Below are positions 1 to 8,103 of a stretch of DNA of 32,000 nt, in pieces. Location: NCBI GenBank assembly GCA_965219535.1, contig CBDCNV010000001.1, positions 720,001 through 752,000 on the forward strand, written 5' to 3'. Position 1 is the stretch's first letter. Every line of letters starts with the position of its first letter. This DNA is from Opitutales bacterium. Its GTDB lineage: Bacteria; Verrucomicrobiota; Verrucomicrobiia; Opitutales; PNEW01. The translations under genes were made by a program, and so were the position numbers. The notes beneath the pieces are model-generated. The model saw only the letters and a list, made by a program, of their open reading frames with translations. It was not told the origin of the DNA and did no database searches.

Positions 1-51
1 CGTATGATAATCACCAATGGGTATGAATATCCCGACACTTGAAATAGCAAA

Positions 52-612
52 CTACTCGGTCGTTTCAGAAGGGACCTCCGCTGTCGCCGCTTCTTGATCT
101 TCAAAGGCTGAAATAGACTCAGGTGTAGGAAAGGGTGCGGTGGGCCAATCCTGTGGCGGTACCCAGGGAGACTCATTTTCCCCAATTTCGTCAGGTCTCC
201 CTGGAGGTAGTATACCATCGGCTCTCGCCTTGGTGTAAATATAGAGATCGGTAATTTGTTTATCATCGAGCAGGACATTCCATGCCTGCATCCCTTTTTT
301 CGGTCTTCCTTCTCGAACGGTATGGAGGTATTCCTCGTAACTTAAAACCTTGATGGAATCCCTCAGATTGACCGCTATTGTGCTTCCAAGCGCATCGAGC
401 CCGTGACAGCGGTAACAATAAACATGCCACCATTTCCAACCACTGTAGATGCGCTTATATACTTCATCAGGTGCGGGCATAGTGGCATTATTCGCAGCAT
501 CCTTATCTTGAGCGAAAGCAATCCCCGCCCATAGAGCAGATGTAATGTAAATTAATCCGCACACTGGGATCCACCTTGTATAGCTGTTACCGCTTTTGAC
601 CTTAAATGCCAT
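52..612 (-). CDS. xoxG: Periplasmic mono-haem c-type cytochrome, XoxG-like (likely electron acceptor of XoxF)
   Basis: 186-aa ORF with a hydrophobic signal-like N-terminus (IPVCGLIYITSALWAGIAFA) and a single CxxCH haem motif (CYRCH). The segment YIYTKARADGILPPGRP fits methanol-metabolism cytochromes. It starts 20 nt after the xoxJ-like stop and is co-oriented with xoxF. Confidence 0.75.
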   Translation of the reverse strand: MAFKVKSGNSYTRWIPVCGLIYITSALWAGIAFAQDKDAANNATMPAPDEVYKRIYSGWKWWHVYCYRCHGLDALGSTIAVNLRDSIKVLSYEEYLHTVREGRPKKGMQAWNVLLDDKQITDLYIYTKARADGILPPGRPDEIGENESPWVPPQDWPTAPFPTPESISAFEDQEAATAEVPSETTE

Positions 613-632
613 CGCTCGGCCCCTTCAGCTTT

Positions 633-1457
633 TTAGTTAATCGGGATAAGCGGTACTCCATAATCTTCCAGGATCTTTTTAATTTCAACGTGCTTTCTTA
701 CCAGGATCTCTTCCAATTGTGCTTTGAACACATGTTCTCCATGTCTGACCCCCATGCATATCTCATACGTGAATGGCAGATCATTTTCACCTGATGGAAC
801 AGGGACTATCTTTAGTGGTGTCTTTTGTGCCTTGGCAAAATATCCACCAATCGGCCCCCATACGACGGCGACATCAATATCCCCTTTTACCACCGCATCA
901 ATTATCGTGCTTGGAGGGTTGTTTTCAGAGTAAAAGGTATCATACCCGACCACATTTTCTACTATTCCTCTTCGCCCTAATTCATGAACTGGAGGTGGAT
1001 TCATGTAGTCGTTGCCTAGTAAATGGACGCCGATTTTTAAATCCTTCAGAATGGGGTCATCCAAGGTATTAATCTCATATCCTTTGCCTTCAGGATATAC
1101 AAATACGTAGCTCGATCGGTAGTAAGGCTTAGTCCAGCTGACCAAATCATAACCTTTGGGTACTCCCATCACGACGTCGCATCGCGCTTCCTTGAGTGTG
1201 GCCTTCATCGTGTTCCTGATGAAACCTCTTCTTTGTCCCCACCAGACATAACTGGGGGTGGTTCCCAGTTCTTTAGCTATTAAATCCGCAATCTTATTCT
1301 CAAAGCCTTCTAATTGTTTGTTAGACAATGGGAAGTTCATAGAGTCTGCGCCAACTCTAAACGAGACAACTTCATCGCTACTCAGGGTATTGGCCGGTAT
1401 TAAAATAGGGTAGAAGAGAAGGATTAACGCGCTAATACTGAAAATTCTAATAACCAT
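633..1457 (-). CDS. xoxJ: Quinoprotein-dehydrogenase-associated periplasmic substrate-binding-like protein (XoxJ/MxaJ family)
   Basis: 274-aa ORF with a signal peptide. Motifs FRVGADSMNFPLSN, EGFENKIADLIAKELG, WGQRRGFIRNTM, CDVVMGVP, KPYYRSSYVFV and DVAVVWGPIGGYFAK match my recollection of the MoxJ/XoxJ SBP family. It lies between xoxF and xoxG. Confidence 0.8.
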   Translation of the reverse strand: MVIRIFSISALILLFYPILIPANTLSSDEVVSFRVGADSMNFPLSNKQLEGFENKIADLIAKELGTTPSYVWWGQRRGFIRNTMKATLKEARCDVVMGVPKGYDLVSWTKPYYRSSYVFVYPEGKGYEINTLDDPILKDLKIGVHLLGNDYMNPPPVHELGRRGIVENVVGYDTFYSENNPPSTIIDAVVKGDIDVAVVWGPIGGYFAKAQKTPLKIVPVPSGENDLPFTYEICMGVRHGEHVFKAQLEEILVRKHVEIKKILEDYGVPLIPIN

Positions 1458-1580
1458 ATTTTTGCCCTGTGAATTTAAAATTGGATAATAAAGATGCGAT
1501 ATTTTAAAAATATTGTTTCGTTAAATGTAACAGAAATTTATCCCCACTTACACAAATTGCAATTCATGTAAGATAGGTCC

Positions 1581-1648
1581 TCTTCTTTTCGTAAAAAGAA
1601 GATATGTTGGAAGTTATAGGCTCTGATGGTTCGAAGTTTTTTCGAACC
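1581..1648 (-). promoter_or_regulatory. Two intercistronic stem-loops between xoxF and xoxJ
   Basis: Hairpin 1: 1581-1589 tcttctttt / loop cgta / 1594-1602 aaaagaaga (9 bp). Hairpin 2: 1628-1635 ggttcgaa / loop gtttt / 1641-1648 ttcgaacc (8 bp), starting 19 nt after the xoxF stop. Neither is followed by a clear U-run on the minus strand. Confidence 0.35.
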
Positions 1649-1666
1649 TCAATAATACCATTTCAC

Positions 1667-3397
1667 TTAAAGCGAAAATACAGTGAGAACACCGCCGAGG
1701 TTGCTGATACCTTCTACATCAGCGAACGCACCTAGTGCTCCAAGCCCTGCAGTGGGATCCTCACCACCTATTCCCGCGGCGGCTCCGATCCCAGCCCATC
1801 CGCCAACACCTGAGAGAATAGCTACATACTGCTTGCCGTTGCGTTTGTAGGTAATGGGATTTCCGATAATACCTGATGGCGTCTTATACTTCCACAAGAC
1901 TTTGCCTGTTTTGGCGTGGACTGCTTTAAACCAGCCTTCCATAGTTCCGTAGAATACGACGTCAGTAGCGGTTACAAGACTTCCGCCCCAGGCGGCCAAA
2001 TTCTCTTTGATGCCCCATACTTTTTCACCTTTTACCGCATCCCAGGCAATGAACTCGCCGCGATTGCCGCCGGGTCCCGGAAACATGCGGACGATAGCAC
2101 CAACATAGGGTTGCCCCGCTTGGTACTTAACTTCGACACCTTCATAATCATTGCCGACATTGTTTGTTGGCACGTAAAAGAGACCCGTTTTTGGGGAGTA
2201 GGAAGCCGGTTGTTGATTCTTGCCTCCCATCGCGCCGGGAAATATGTTCTTTGTGTTTCTCATCGAAGAAGTCCGCTTCTTCGGATCTTCGATCGGTCGA
2301 CCGGTTTTCATGTTTACACCGGTTGCCCAATTAACATGCACGAATGGCTTCGCTACCAGTAACTCTCCCGTGTCGCGGTCTATCGTGTAACCGAAGCCAT
2401 TGCGGTCAAAGTTTACCAGTACTTTTCTTGTTACTTCATCAAACTCTAGTTCGGCGAGAATGTTTTCGTTCACTCCGTCGTAGTCCCATGCATCGTGAGG
2501 TGTTTTCTGGTAAGCCCACTTGGCAATTCCTGTATCGGGATCACGTGCAAAAATCGTCATCGACCACTTGTTGTCACCGGGACGCTGGTCGGGATTCCAG
2601 CTACCGGGGTTTCCCGTGCCGTAGTAAAGTAAATCCATCTTCGGATCGTAGGTGTACCAACCCCAGGTAGTGCCACCCCCTCTTTTCCATTCATCACCTT
2701 TCCATGTCTCTACGGATCCGGGAAAGCCGACTTCTTCCTCCGGCCCCGTGCTATACATACGCCATACTTGCTCACCCGTATTGATATCATTGGCGGTGAC
2801 AAATCCACGAACACCGAACTCACCACCACTGATGCCCGTGATCACCTTATCTTTTACTACGAGGGGTGCTCCTGTTATGGTCATTCCTTGACGGAAATCA
2901 CCTTGCTTAACTTTCCAAATTTCATTCCCCGTTGCAGCATCTAAGGCGACCACATGGGTGTCCAATTGGGTAAGAAAAATTTTGCCCTCTGCGTAGGCAA
3001 CCCCGCGGTTTACCGTGTCACAGCATGCGACGGGGATTACTTCTTCATTTTGTTTCGGCTTATATCTCCATTTGATGGGCGCGCCCTCTTTATTTAAATC
3101 CAAAGCGTAAACAATATTTGGAAAGGGGGTGTGAACGTACATCGTGTCGCCAACTACCAGCGGTGCCCCTTCGTGTCCGCGCAATACTCCGGTCGAAAAC
3201 GACCAGACGGGTTTCAGTTTTTTGACCGTCCAGGCATTAATTTGATCGAGTGTACTATAACGGGTGCCGGCATAATCCTTGCCCGGTAAGGCCCATTGGG
3301 TGTCATCTTCTTGAAGTGCAAGTAACTCGTCATTAGCCCGGGTGATGACCGGCAGAGCGATTGTAACGATCATTAAAACTACGCATATCCTCTTCAT
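1667..3397 (-). CDS. xoxF: PQQ-dependent methanol dehydrogenase, lanthanide-dependent XoxF type
   Basis: 576-aa ORF with a signal peptide followed by NDELLALQEDDTQWALPGKDYAGTRYS. It has the vicinal Cys pair (PVACCDTVNRG) and the motif HDAWDYDGVNE, whose Asp two residues after the catalytic Asp marks Ln-dependent enzymes. The C-terminus (GVGGWAGIG...VFSL) is typical. A GAGAGGA ribosome-binding site precedes the ATG. xoxJ and xoxG lie downstream. Confidence 0.9.
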   Translation of the reverse strand: MKRICVVLMIVTIALPVITRANDELLALQEDDTQWALPGKDYAGTRYSTLDQINAWTVKKLKPVWSFSTGVLRGHEGAPLVVGDTMYVHTPFPNIVYALDLNKEGAPIKWRYKPKQNEEVIPVACCDTVNRGVAYAEGKIFLTQLDTHVVALDAATGNEIWKVKQGDFRQGMTITGAPLVVKDKVITGISGGEFGVRGFVTANDINTGEQVWRMYSTGPEEEVGFPGSVETWKGDEWKRGGGTTWGWYTYDPKMDLLYYGTGNPGSWNPDQRPGDNKWSMTIFARDPDTGIAKWAYQKTPHDAWDYDGVNENILAELEFDEVTRKVLVNFDRNGFGYTIDRDTGELLVAKPFVHVNWATGVNMKTGRPIEDPKKRTSSMRNTKNIFPGAMGGKNQQPASYSPKTGLFYVPTNNVGNDYEGVEVKYQAGQPYVGAIVRMFPGPGGNRGEFIAWDAVKGEKVWGIKENLAAWGGSLVTATDVVFYGTMEGWFKAVHAKTGKVLWKYKTPSGIIGNPITYKRNGKQYVAILSGVGGWAGIGAAAGIGGEDPTAGLGALGAFADVEGISNLGGVLTVFSL

Positions 3398-3598
3398 TTT
3401 ATTCCTCTCTTCTTATTTATTTATAAACTTTTTCATCTAAAAGCGGGATTAGTTAACTGTTTTGCTTGAGCCTTTATACTGTCAAGAAAATTCAAGCTTT
3501 TTCAGCGTGTAAAATGAATCCCCCTATCTTTACTAGTCATTCATTATTAAAAACTTAGCTTTGCGTTATGAGCGTAGAGGGTCTTTCACTTCTCGAAA

Positions 3599-5698
3599 TT
3601 ACAGGCGCCAGCGCAATCCCACCGTGGCCATGATCGGTGCGCCAATCGATATGAGACCATTCGACGCTTTTCCGGTTTCAAATTCGGTATCCAAAAAATT
3701 CTCAATTGAAGCAAACCCTTCTATTTTTTTGTTAAATTTATAAGAAACGTAAAAATCTAAAACCGTGTAGTCTTCAAGTTCCAGGGTATTGAGATCGTTT
3801 TCATACTGGCTGCTGGTGTAACGGAGCTGCAGACTGTTTGTCCACTTCGGAATAGGGTTCCAGGTCAATGAGAGATTCATCATGTGTTTCGGTGACTGCG
3901 CCAGGCGATTATTTTCCAGCCCCAACTGAACCGGGCTCTCTGTGATTTCCGAGTCACTGTAGAGGTAACTCGCGGATAACCGCCACTTCTCATTGGGTTT
4001 CCATGAAGCATCCAGCTCGAGTCCGCCGACGCGAACCTGGCCGAGATTGTGCCGCTGGCGACAGGTACCTCCATTGGGGACGAAGCCACAGGGATCAACC
4101 GGACCCGGGCCGAAACCCAGCGTGACGTTGGCAATGGCATCATCGAGGTAATTCAGGAAATACGTCAGACGGAAAACAAAGTCGTCATTTGGCTGAAACT
4201 CTATCCCAGCCTCTCCACCATATAAACGCTCCCGTTCAAGCTGCGGATTCGCTTCAGTAATATCGACGCGTACACGGAACGGGCGATAAAATTCGTTGAG
4301 CGTGGGTGCGCGAAATCCCGTGTAAAGTGCACCGCGGGCGCGCAGTTGATCATTGAAAAGGTAATTCGCGCCGAGGCGAAAATTCCCCACCCATTCATTG
4401 CGATCCAGAAATTGATCGTCGCGAAGAATCTCTCCATTCACCAGATTAGTTTCTTTTCTCCTCCCATTTTCAAGGCTCCAGTAATCGGCGCGCCCGCCAA
4501 AGACCAGGTTGAGTGCGGGGGATACTTCCCAGACATCTTCAAGAAAGAAACCGACTAAGGTCTGTTCGCCGCCGGCATTTCTTTCACGGTTAAAAAATGT
4601 ATCGGTAAAAAAGTATCGTTCATTCGTTGCCCCCTCTACTTTACGGGCGTCCACACCGGCTATAAGTTGGTGTCCTTTTACTGTCTTCAGATTTATTACC
4701 GCGTTCGCACCCCAGGCTTCAGCGGGAACATCGAATTGTTCAAGGGCGGGGTTTTCTGAATCGCGATCCGCGTTTACCGATGTGAACAGATTGCGAAAAT
4801 CACGATTTTGATAATAGACCTGTGCCTGCCATGAAGTATCATTGCTCTGGCTTGAGCCGTTTAGACTAATGCTCGCATCGTATGCTTCAGAATCATTGGC
4901 GGCGAGAGGTGTTCCATTGCCACGCTCTTCATTGAAATAAGACGCATTGAAAACAAGGGTGTTATTATCCGTCAAGCGCCAGCGAATACCGCCTTTGATT
5001 AACTCTGCTTCAGAAAAAGCGTCTCTATCAATTGGCCCTCTTTGATCCGCGCGCAAGACGGGATAGCCGTCTGTTGAAAATCTGTTCGCCGTAATGAAGA
5101 CATCGAGGTCATCAGAGGATTTCTGAGTGACAAGGCTGATATCTGAAGTCCCCCTGTTTCCCCCTGAGGCTTCGATAAGTGCAAAGTCTTTTTCCGGTTT
5201 TCGTGAGAACAAGTGAATCACCCCACCGAGTGCTGCGTTTCCCCACGGTCCGGCGCCGCCACCACGCATCATTTCAACGCCCTCAACGCTGCTTACCGGT
5301 AGGCGGTTCCAGTATACCCAGCCCCCAAATGGATCATTGAGCGGTATTCCGTCAAGTAAGACTAATGTTCTTCCCGCTCCATTGGGACCAAGATTGCGCA
5401 AACTAACACCCTGGGTCGTCGGATGCGCAACTCGGCTGCTGCTTCTTCGAAAAAGGCTGAAACCGGGGATGCTTCTTAAAGCGTCATCCAATCGACGCTG
5501 AGGGGCAGTTTCAATAAAGTTGCGTTCGAGAAATTTATCATCGAAAGGGTTTTCCCATTGATCCATCGAGTAGCGACGACCGATGACCTTTAATTCGGAT
5601 ATATTGACAATCTCCGACTGGCAAAAAAGAGGAGTGAGAACCAGGGCTATTAAGAAATAAACTAACCTACTTACAAGTTTGAGTAGGAATAATTGCAT
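3599..5698 (-). CDS. TonB-dependent outer-membrane receptor, substrate unknown
   Basis: The maximal ORF runs to 5746. The ATG at 5698 (MQLFLLKLVSRLVYFLIALVLTPLF) gives a more plausible signal peptide. Plug-domain motifs are present (FSLFRRSS..., GVSLRNLGPNGAGRTLVLLDGIPLNDPFGGWVYWN, MRGGG). A long beta-barrel-like, Gly/Asn/Tyr-rich region follows, with a FRAPTLNEFY motif. The last residue is Leu rather than the usual aromatic. Confidence 0.85.
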   Translation of the reverse strand: MQLFLLKLVSRLVYFLIALVLTPLFCQSEIVNISELKVIGRRYSMDQWENPFDDKFLERNFIETAPQRRLDDALRSIPGFSLFRRSSSRVAHPTTQGVSLRNLGPNGAGRTLVLLDGIPLNDPFGGWVYWNRLPVSSVEGVEMMRGGGAGPWGNAALGGVIHLFSRKPEKDFALIEASGGNRGTSDISLVTQKSSDDLDVFITANRFSTDGYPVLRADQRGPIDRDAFSEAELIKGGIRWRLTDNNTLVFNASYFNEERGNGTPLAANDSEAYDASISLNGSSQSNDTSWQAQVYYQNRDFRNLFTSVNADRDSENPALEQFDVPAEAWGANAVINLKTVKGHQLIAGVDARKVEGATNERYFFTDTFFNRERNAGGEQTLVGFFLEDVWEVSPALNLVFGGRADYWSLENGRRKETNLVNGEILRDDQFLDRNEWVGNFRLGANYLFNDQLRARGALYTGFRAPTLNEFYRPFRVRVDITEANPQLERERLYGGEAGIEFQPNDDFVFRLTYFLNYLDDAIANVTLGFGPGPVDPCGFVPNGGTCRQRHNLGQVRVGGLELDASWKPNEKWRLSASYLYSDSEITESPVQLGLENNRLAQSPKHMMNLSLTWNPIPKWTNSLQLRYTSSQYENDLNTLELEDYTVLDFYVSYKFNKKIEGFASIENFLDTEFETGKASNGLISIGAPIMATVGLRWRL

Positions 5699-5910
5699 GA
5701 TGTGTGACATTCGCAAATATTTGAACAAGGGAACTATAAACATCATTTGAAGTGAAAATGTAAAGATTATCCAATAACTGCAGTTGAAGCATGGACCACT
5801 GCCAACCGATCTCCATGATAAACTTGATAAATTAGGTAAAGTATTTCCGGGGCTTTACGGTAGTGATTATTAATTGAATAAAAAAGTGACATTCAGCCTA
5901 TTATTCATGT

Positions 5911-6498
5911 ATGAATTCAGTTATGAATTTCATTGATCAGGTAATGGAGCTGTTCGCTAAGTACGGCGATAGGGTCTATCTTGGAGAAGCGGTCACTCAG
6001 AGGGAACATGCCTTGCAAGCCGCGACACTTGCGGAAAAGCGAAATGGATCGGCAAGCCAAATAGCTGCAGCTCTGCTACACGACATTGGACATATAATAA
6101 ATGCTTCCGAGTCGGACGCGGCGGAAAGTTTATATGCTGATAATGCTGATGACCTCCACGAAGTGATTGGATATCGCTGGTTAAGCGCGCACTTTGGCCC
6201 GGAAGTTTCCGATCCGGTAAGGCTTCATGTTCCCGCAAAACGCTATCTTTGCGCCGTTGATGAGGATTATATTAATGTATTGTCCAAAACTTCCGTAAGA
6301 AGCCTGCATGACCAGGGCGGGCCCATGTCCTCAGACGAGGTGAAAGCGTTCGAGTCGGAACCTTATGCCACCGATGCCGTAGCGGTTAGACGTTGGGACG
6401 ATGGAGCAAAAGTGCCCAATCTGGAAACCCCTGACCTCACACATTTTCGTGCCTACCTCGAGACTGCTTTCAACAATTCTTCTCATAGCAGTGAATAG
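5911..6498 (+). CDS. HD-domain protein, PhnZ-like (phosphonate-degradation-associated HD/diiron oxygenase family)
   Basis: 195-aa ORF. The N-terminal pattern YGDRVYLGEAVTQREHALQAATLAEK...AAALLHDIGH carries the HD motif and resembles PhnZ-type HD proteins. No phnY-like gene is adjacent. Confidence 0.55.
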   Translation: MNSVMNFIDQVMELFAKYGDRVYLGEAVTQREHALQAATLAEKRNGSASQIAAALLHDIGHIINASESDAAESLYADNADDLHEVIGYRWLSAHFGPEVSDPVRLHVPAKRYLCAVDEDYINVLSKTSVRSLHDQGGPMSSDEVKAFESEPYATDAVAVRRWDDGAKVPNLETPDLTHFRAYLETAFNNSSHSSE

Positions 6499-6534
6499 TA
6501 ATACTGTAACTAAACAAAATAGTAAGAAACCATC

Positions 6535-6807
6535 ATGCCTAAATATGTAATTGAACGTGAAATCCCGAATGCGGGAGCATTATCAGCTCAGGAATTGAAA
6601 GAAATATCTCAGAAATCTTGTGGTGTTCTAAACGACATGGGACCCCAAATCCAGTGGCTTCAAAGCTACGTGACAGATGACAAAGTCTACTGTGTCTATA
6701 TCGCGCCGGATGAGGCTGCGGTTCGCGAGCACGCAGAACGCGGTGGTTTTCCTGCCGACAGTGTTTCAGTGATTAGGTCCGTCATTGATCCAACAACTGC
6801 CGAATAG
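6535..6807 (+). CDS. DUF4242-family small protein
   Basis: 90-aa ORF. MPKYVIEREIPNAG...QWLQSYVTDDKVYCVYIAPDEAAVREHAERGGFPADSV matches the DUF4242 pattern as I remember it. Confidence 0.65.
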   Translation: MPKYVIEREIPNAGALSAQELKEISQKSCGVLNDMGPQIQWLQSYVTDDKVYCVYIAPDEAAVREHAERGGFPADSVSVIRSVIDPTTAE

Positions 6808-6823
6808 TCGGTTATTTTTTTTT
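6799..6823 (+). terminator. Weak intrinsic terminator candidate between convergent genes
   Basis: Short stem of 4-5 bp (g)ccga / loop atag / tcgg(t), with the TAG stop codon in the loop. It is followed by t-a-ttttttttt (9 T, 6815-6823). The T-run overlaps the stop codon of the convergent TPR gene. Confidence 0.35.
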
Positions 6824-8060
6824 AAAGACTGTCCATTGCTTGTTGATACAAAGCCAGCTGGGCGCGGATATAATTGGCAAGGTCGTAATCCTTTTCAGCG
6901 GAAGCCAGCGTGACAGCTTTTTCCGCGTACCCTACAGCTTTTTCGTATTCGCCGGCCGCAGAGTAAATGGTAGCCAGGGTATTAAGGATCATTGCGTTAT
7001 TGTAACCGGAAATTATAGAAGCGCGCTCGGCGAGTTGTATAGCAGTTTTGACATCGCGTATTTCCGGGTCCGGGTGTGTGGCCAGAATATATGCCATCCC
7101 GCTCAAGGGCCCGATCATGTTTTTGTTTGCGACCTGTCGAAAATGCCCGAGCGCTTCTGTAAGTTTGCCCTGTGAGTTGAGGACGTTTCCAAGATTGGCG
7201 TGCGCCTGATCGAAATCGGGCTGGGATTTCAGTGCCTGACGGAAATGTGTGATCGCGTCATCCAGCTTTCCTAACGATACATAAACAAGGGCAAGATTAT
7301 TGTGTGTTTGTGCATCGTCTGGTTCCAGCTCTAACGCATGCTGATAGTGAGCGATCGCCAACTCAGGCTTGCCCTGCTTCGTATGGGCATTCGCCAGGTT
7401 GTTATAGGCTTCACGGTATTCGGGATCGAGTTCTATTGCTTGAGTAAAATGAGCGATCGCCTCGTCCTCTCTGCCACTTCTATTAAGGATAACACCCAAA
7501 TTGTTGTGCGCTTGAGCGTAATCGGGATCACTCTTTAACGCCTGCTCCAGGTGAGAGACAGCTTTATCCAGCTTACCCTGTGACTTCAAAGCGATCGCCA
7601 GGTTGTTGTGCGCTTGAGAGTAGTCGGGATCGATCATCAATGCCTGTTGAAAGTGGGTGATTGCTGCCTCAACTCGTCCCTGTGAATTAAGGGCTGTAGC
7701 TAAATCGTTATGGGCTTGGCTATACTCGGGATCTATTGCCAGCGCCCGACTTAAATGATCGATCGCTTCATTTATATTTCCTTCTGACTCGAAGGTAATG
7801 CCGAGAAAATAGTGTGTTTTACTGGAATCTGGATTTAATTCTAATGATCGCTGAAGCACCGCGACTCCCTTCTCAATCTGACCCCGGTTTACCAGGCGCT
7901 CACCTTTTATTGCTAGTGAGTGGGCGTCAATCGTCTCGGTGGATACCGTCTGCTTTAATTGATGAACGCCGATGGACATCATTACGATTAACGGGGTGAG
8001 CCCAATGACTACCGCGATAACCGTGAGGAGAATGCTATTTGATCGTTTTGATTCTGACAT
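6822..8060 (-). CDS. Membrane-anchored tetratricopeptide (TPR) repeat protein
   Basis: 412-aa ORF with an N-terminal TM helix (ILLTVIAVVIGLTPLIVMMSIGV). At least seven consecutive 34-aa TPR units follow, with a recurring D-P-D/E-Y-x-Q-A-H-N-N-L-A...G-K-L-D-x-A-I-x-H-F-x-Q-A-L pattern (residues about 47-312). Confidence 0.9.
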   Translation of the reverse strand: MSESKRSNSILLTVIAVVIGLTPLIVMMSIGVHQLKQTVSTETIDAHSLAIKGERLVNRGQIEKGVAVLQRSLELNPDSSKTHYFLGITFESEGNINEAIDHLSRALAIDPEYSQAHNDLATALNSQGRVEAAITHFQQALMIDPDYSQAHNNLAIALKSQGKLDKAVSHLEQALKSDPDYAQAHNNLGVILNRSGREDEAIAHFTQAIELDPEYREAYNNLANAHTKQGKPELAIAHYQHALELEPDDAQTHNNLALVYVSLGKLDDAITHFRQALKSQPDFDQAHANLGNVLNSQGKLTEALGHFRQVANKNMIGPLSGMAYILATHPDPEIRDVKTAIQLAERASIISGYNNAMILNTLATIYSAAGEYEKAVGYAEKAVTLASAEKDYDLANYIRAQLALYQQAMDSL

Positions 8061-8103
8061 CGAGGTGGATTCTATTTACCAGCTCCTGTTAATATATTTA
8101 TCG

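Noticed and set aside
1916-2891. Plus-strand ORFs of 148, 108 and 79 aa, and a 60-aa minus-strand ORF, lying inside xoxF
   Set aside because: They are wholly nested in or antisense to a gene with unmistakable PQQ-dehydrogenase motifs. Their translations are low-complexity (Ser/Pro/Arg-rich) with no motifs, so they are typical shadow ORFs.
3561-5184. Several 60-100-aa ORFs overlapping the TonB-dependent receptor on both strands
   Set aside because: These are shadow frames of a GC-rich gene, with no start context and no recognisable motifs.
5747-5910. Possible cobalamin riboswitch or Fur box in the divergent region upstream of the TonB receptor (a 'ccactgcc' string caught my eye)
   Set aside because: Only a partial resemblance to the B12-box core is present, and it lies on the wrong strand for the receptor. 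The surrounding conserved helices are absent, and I saw no convincing Fur-box palindrome.
7351-7598. Three copies of GCGATCGC (the cyanobacterial HIP1 palindrome) within about 250 nt, plus one at 22259-22266
   Set aside because: Each copy encodes Ala-Ile-Ala on the minus strand in a conserved protein motif (ELAIAHY, DEAIAHF, NLAIALK in the TPR units; LAIALAAQ in MscS). Codon content explains the octamers, and they are not evidence of a HIP1-type genome signature.
7125-7925. Regular 102-nt periodicity that could be mistaken for a repeat array or CRISPR
   Set aside because: The periodicity is that of translated 34-aa TPR units. There are no identical direct repeats with unique spacers.
6840-7999. 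Plus-strand ORFs (111, 66 and 61 aa) opposite the TPR gene
   Set aside because: They are antisense to a clear 34-aa-periodic TPR coding frame.
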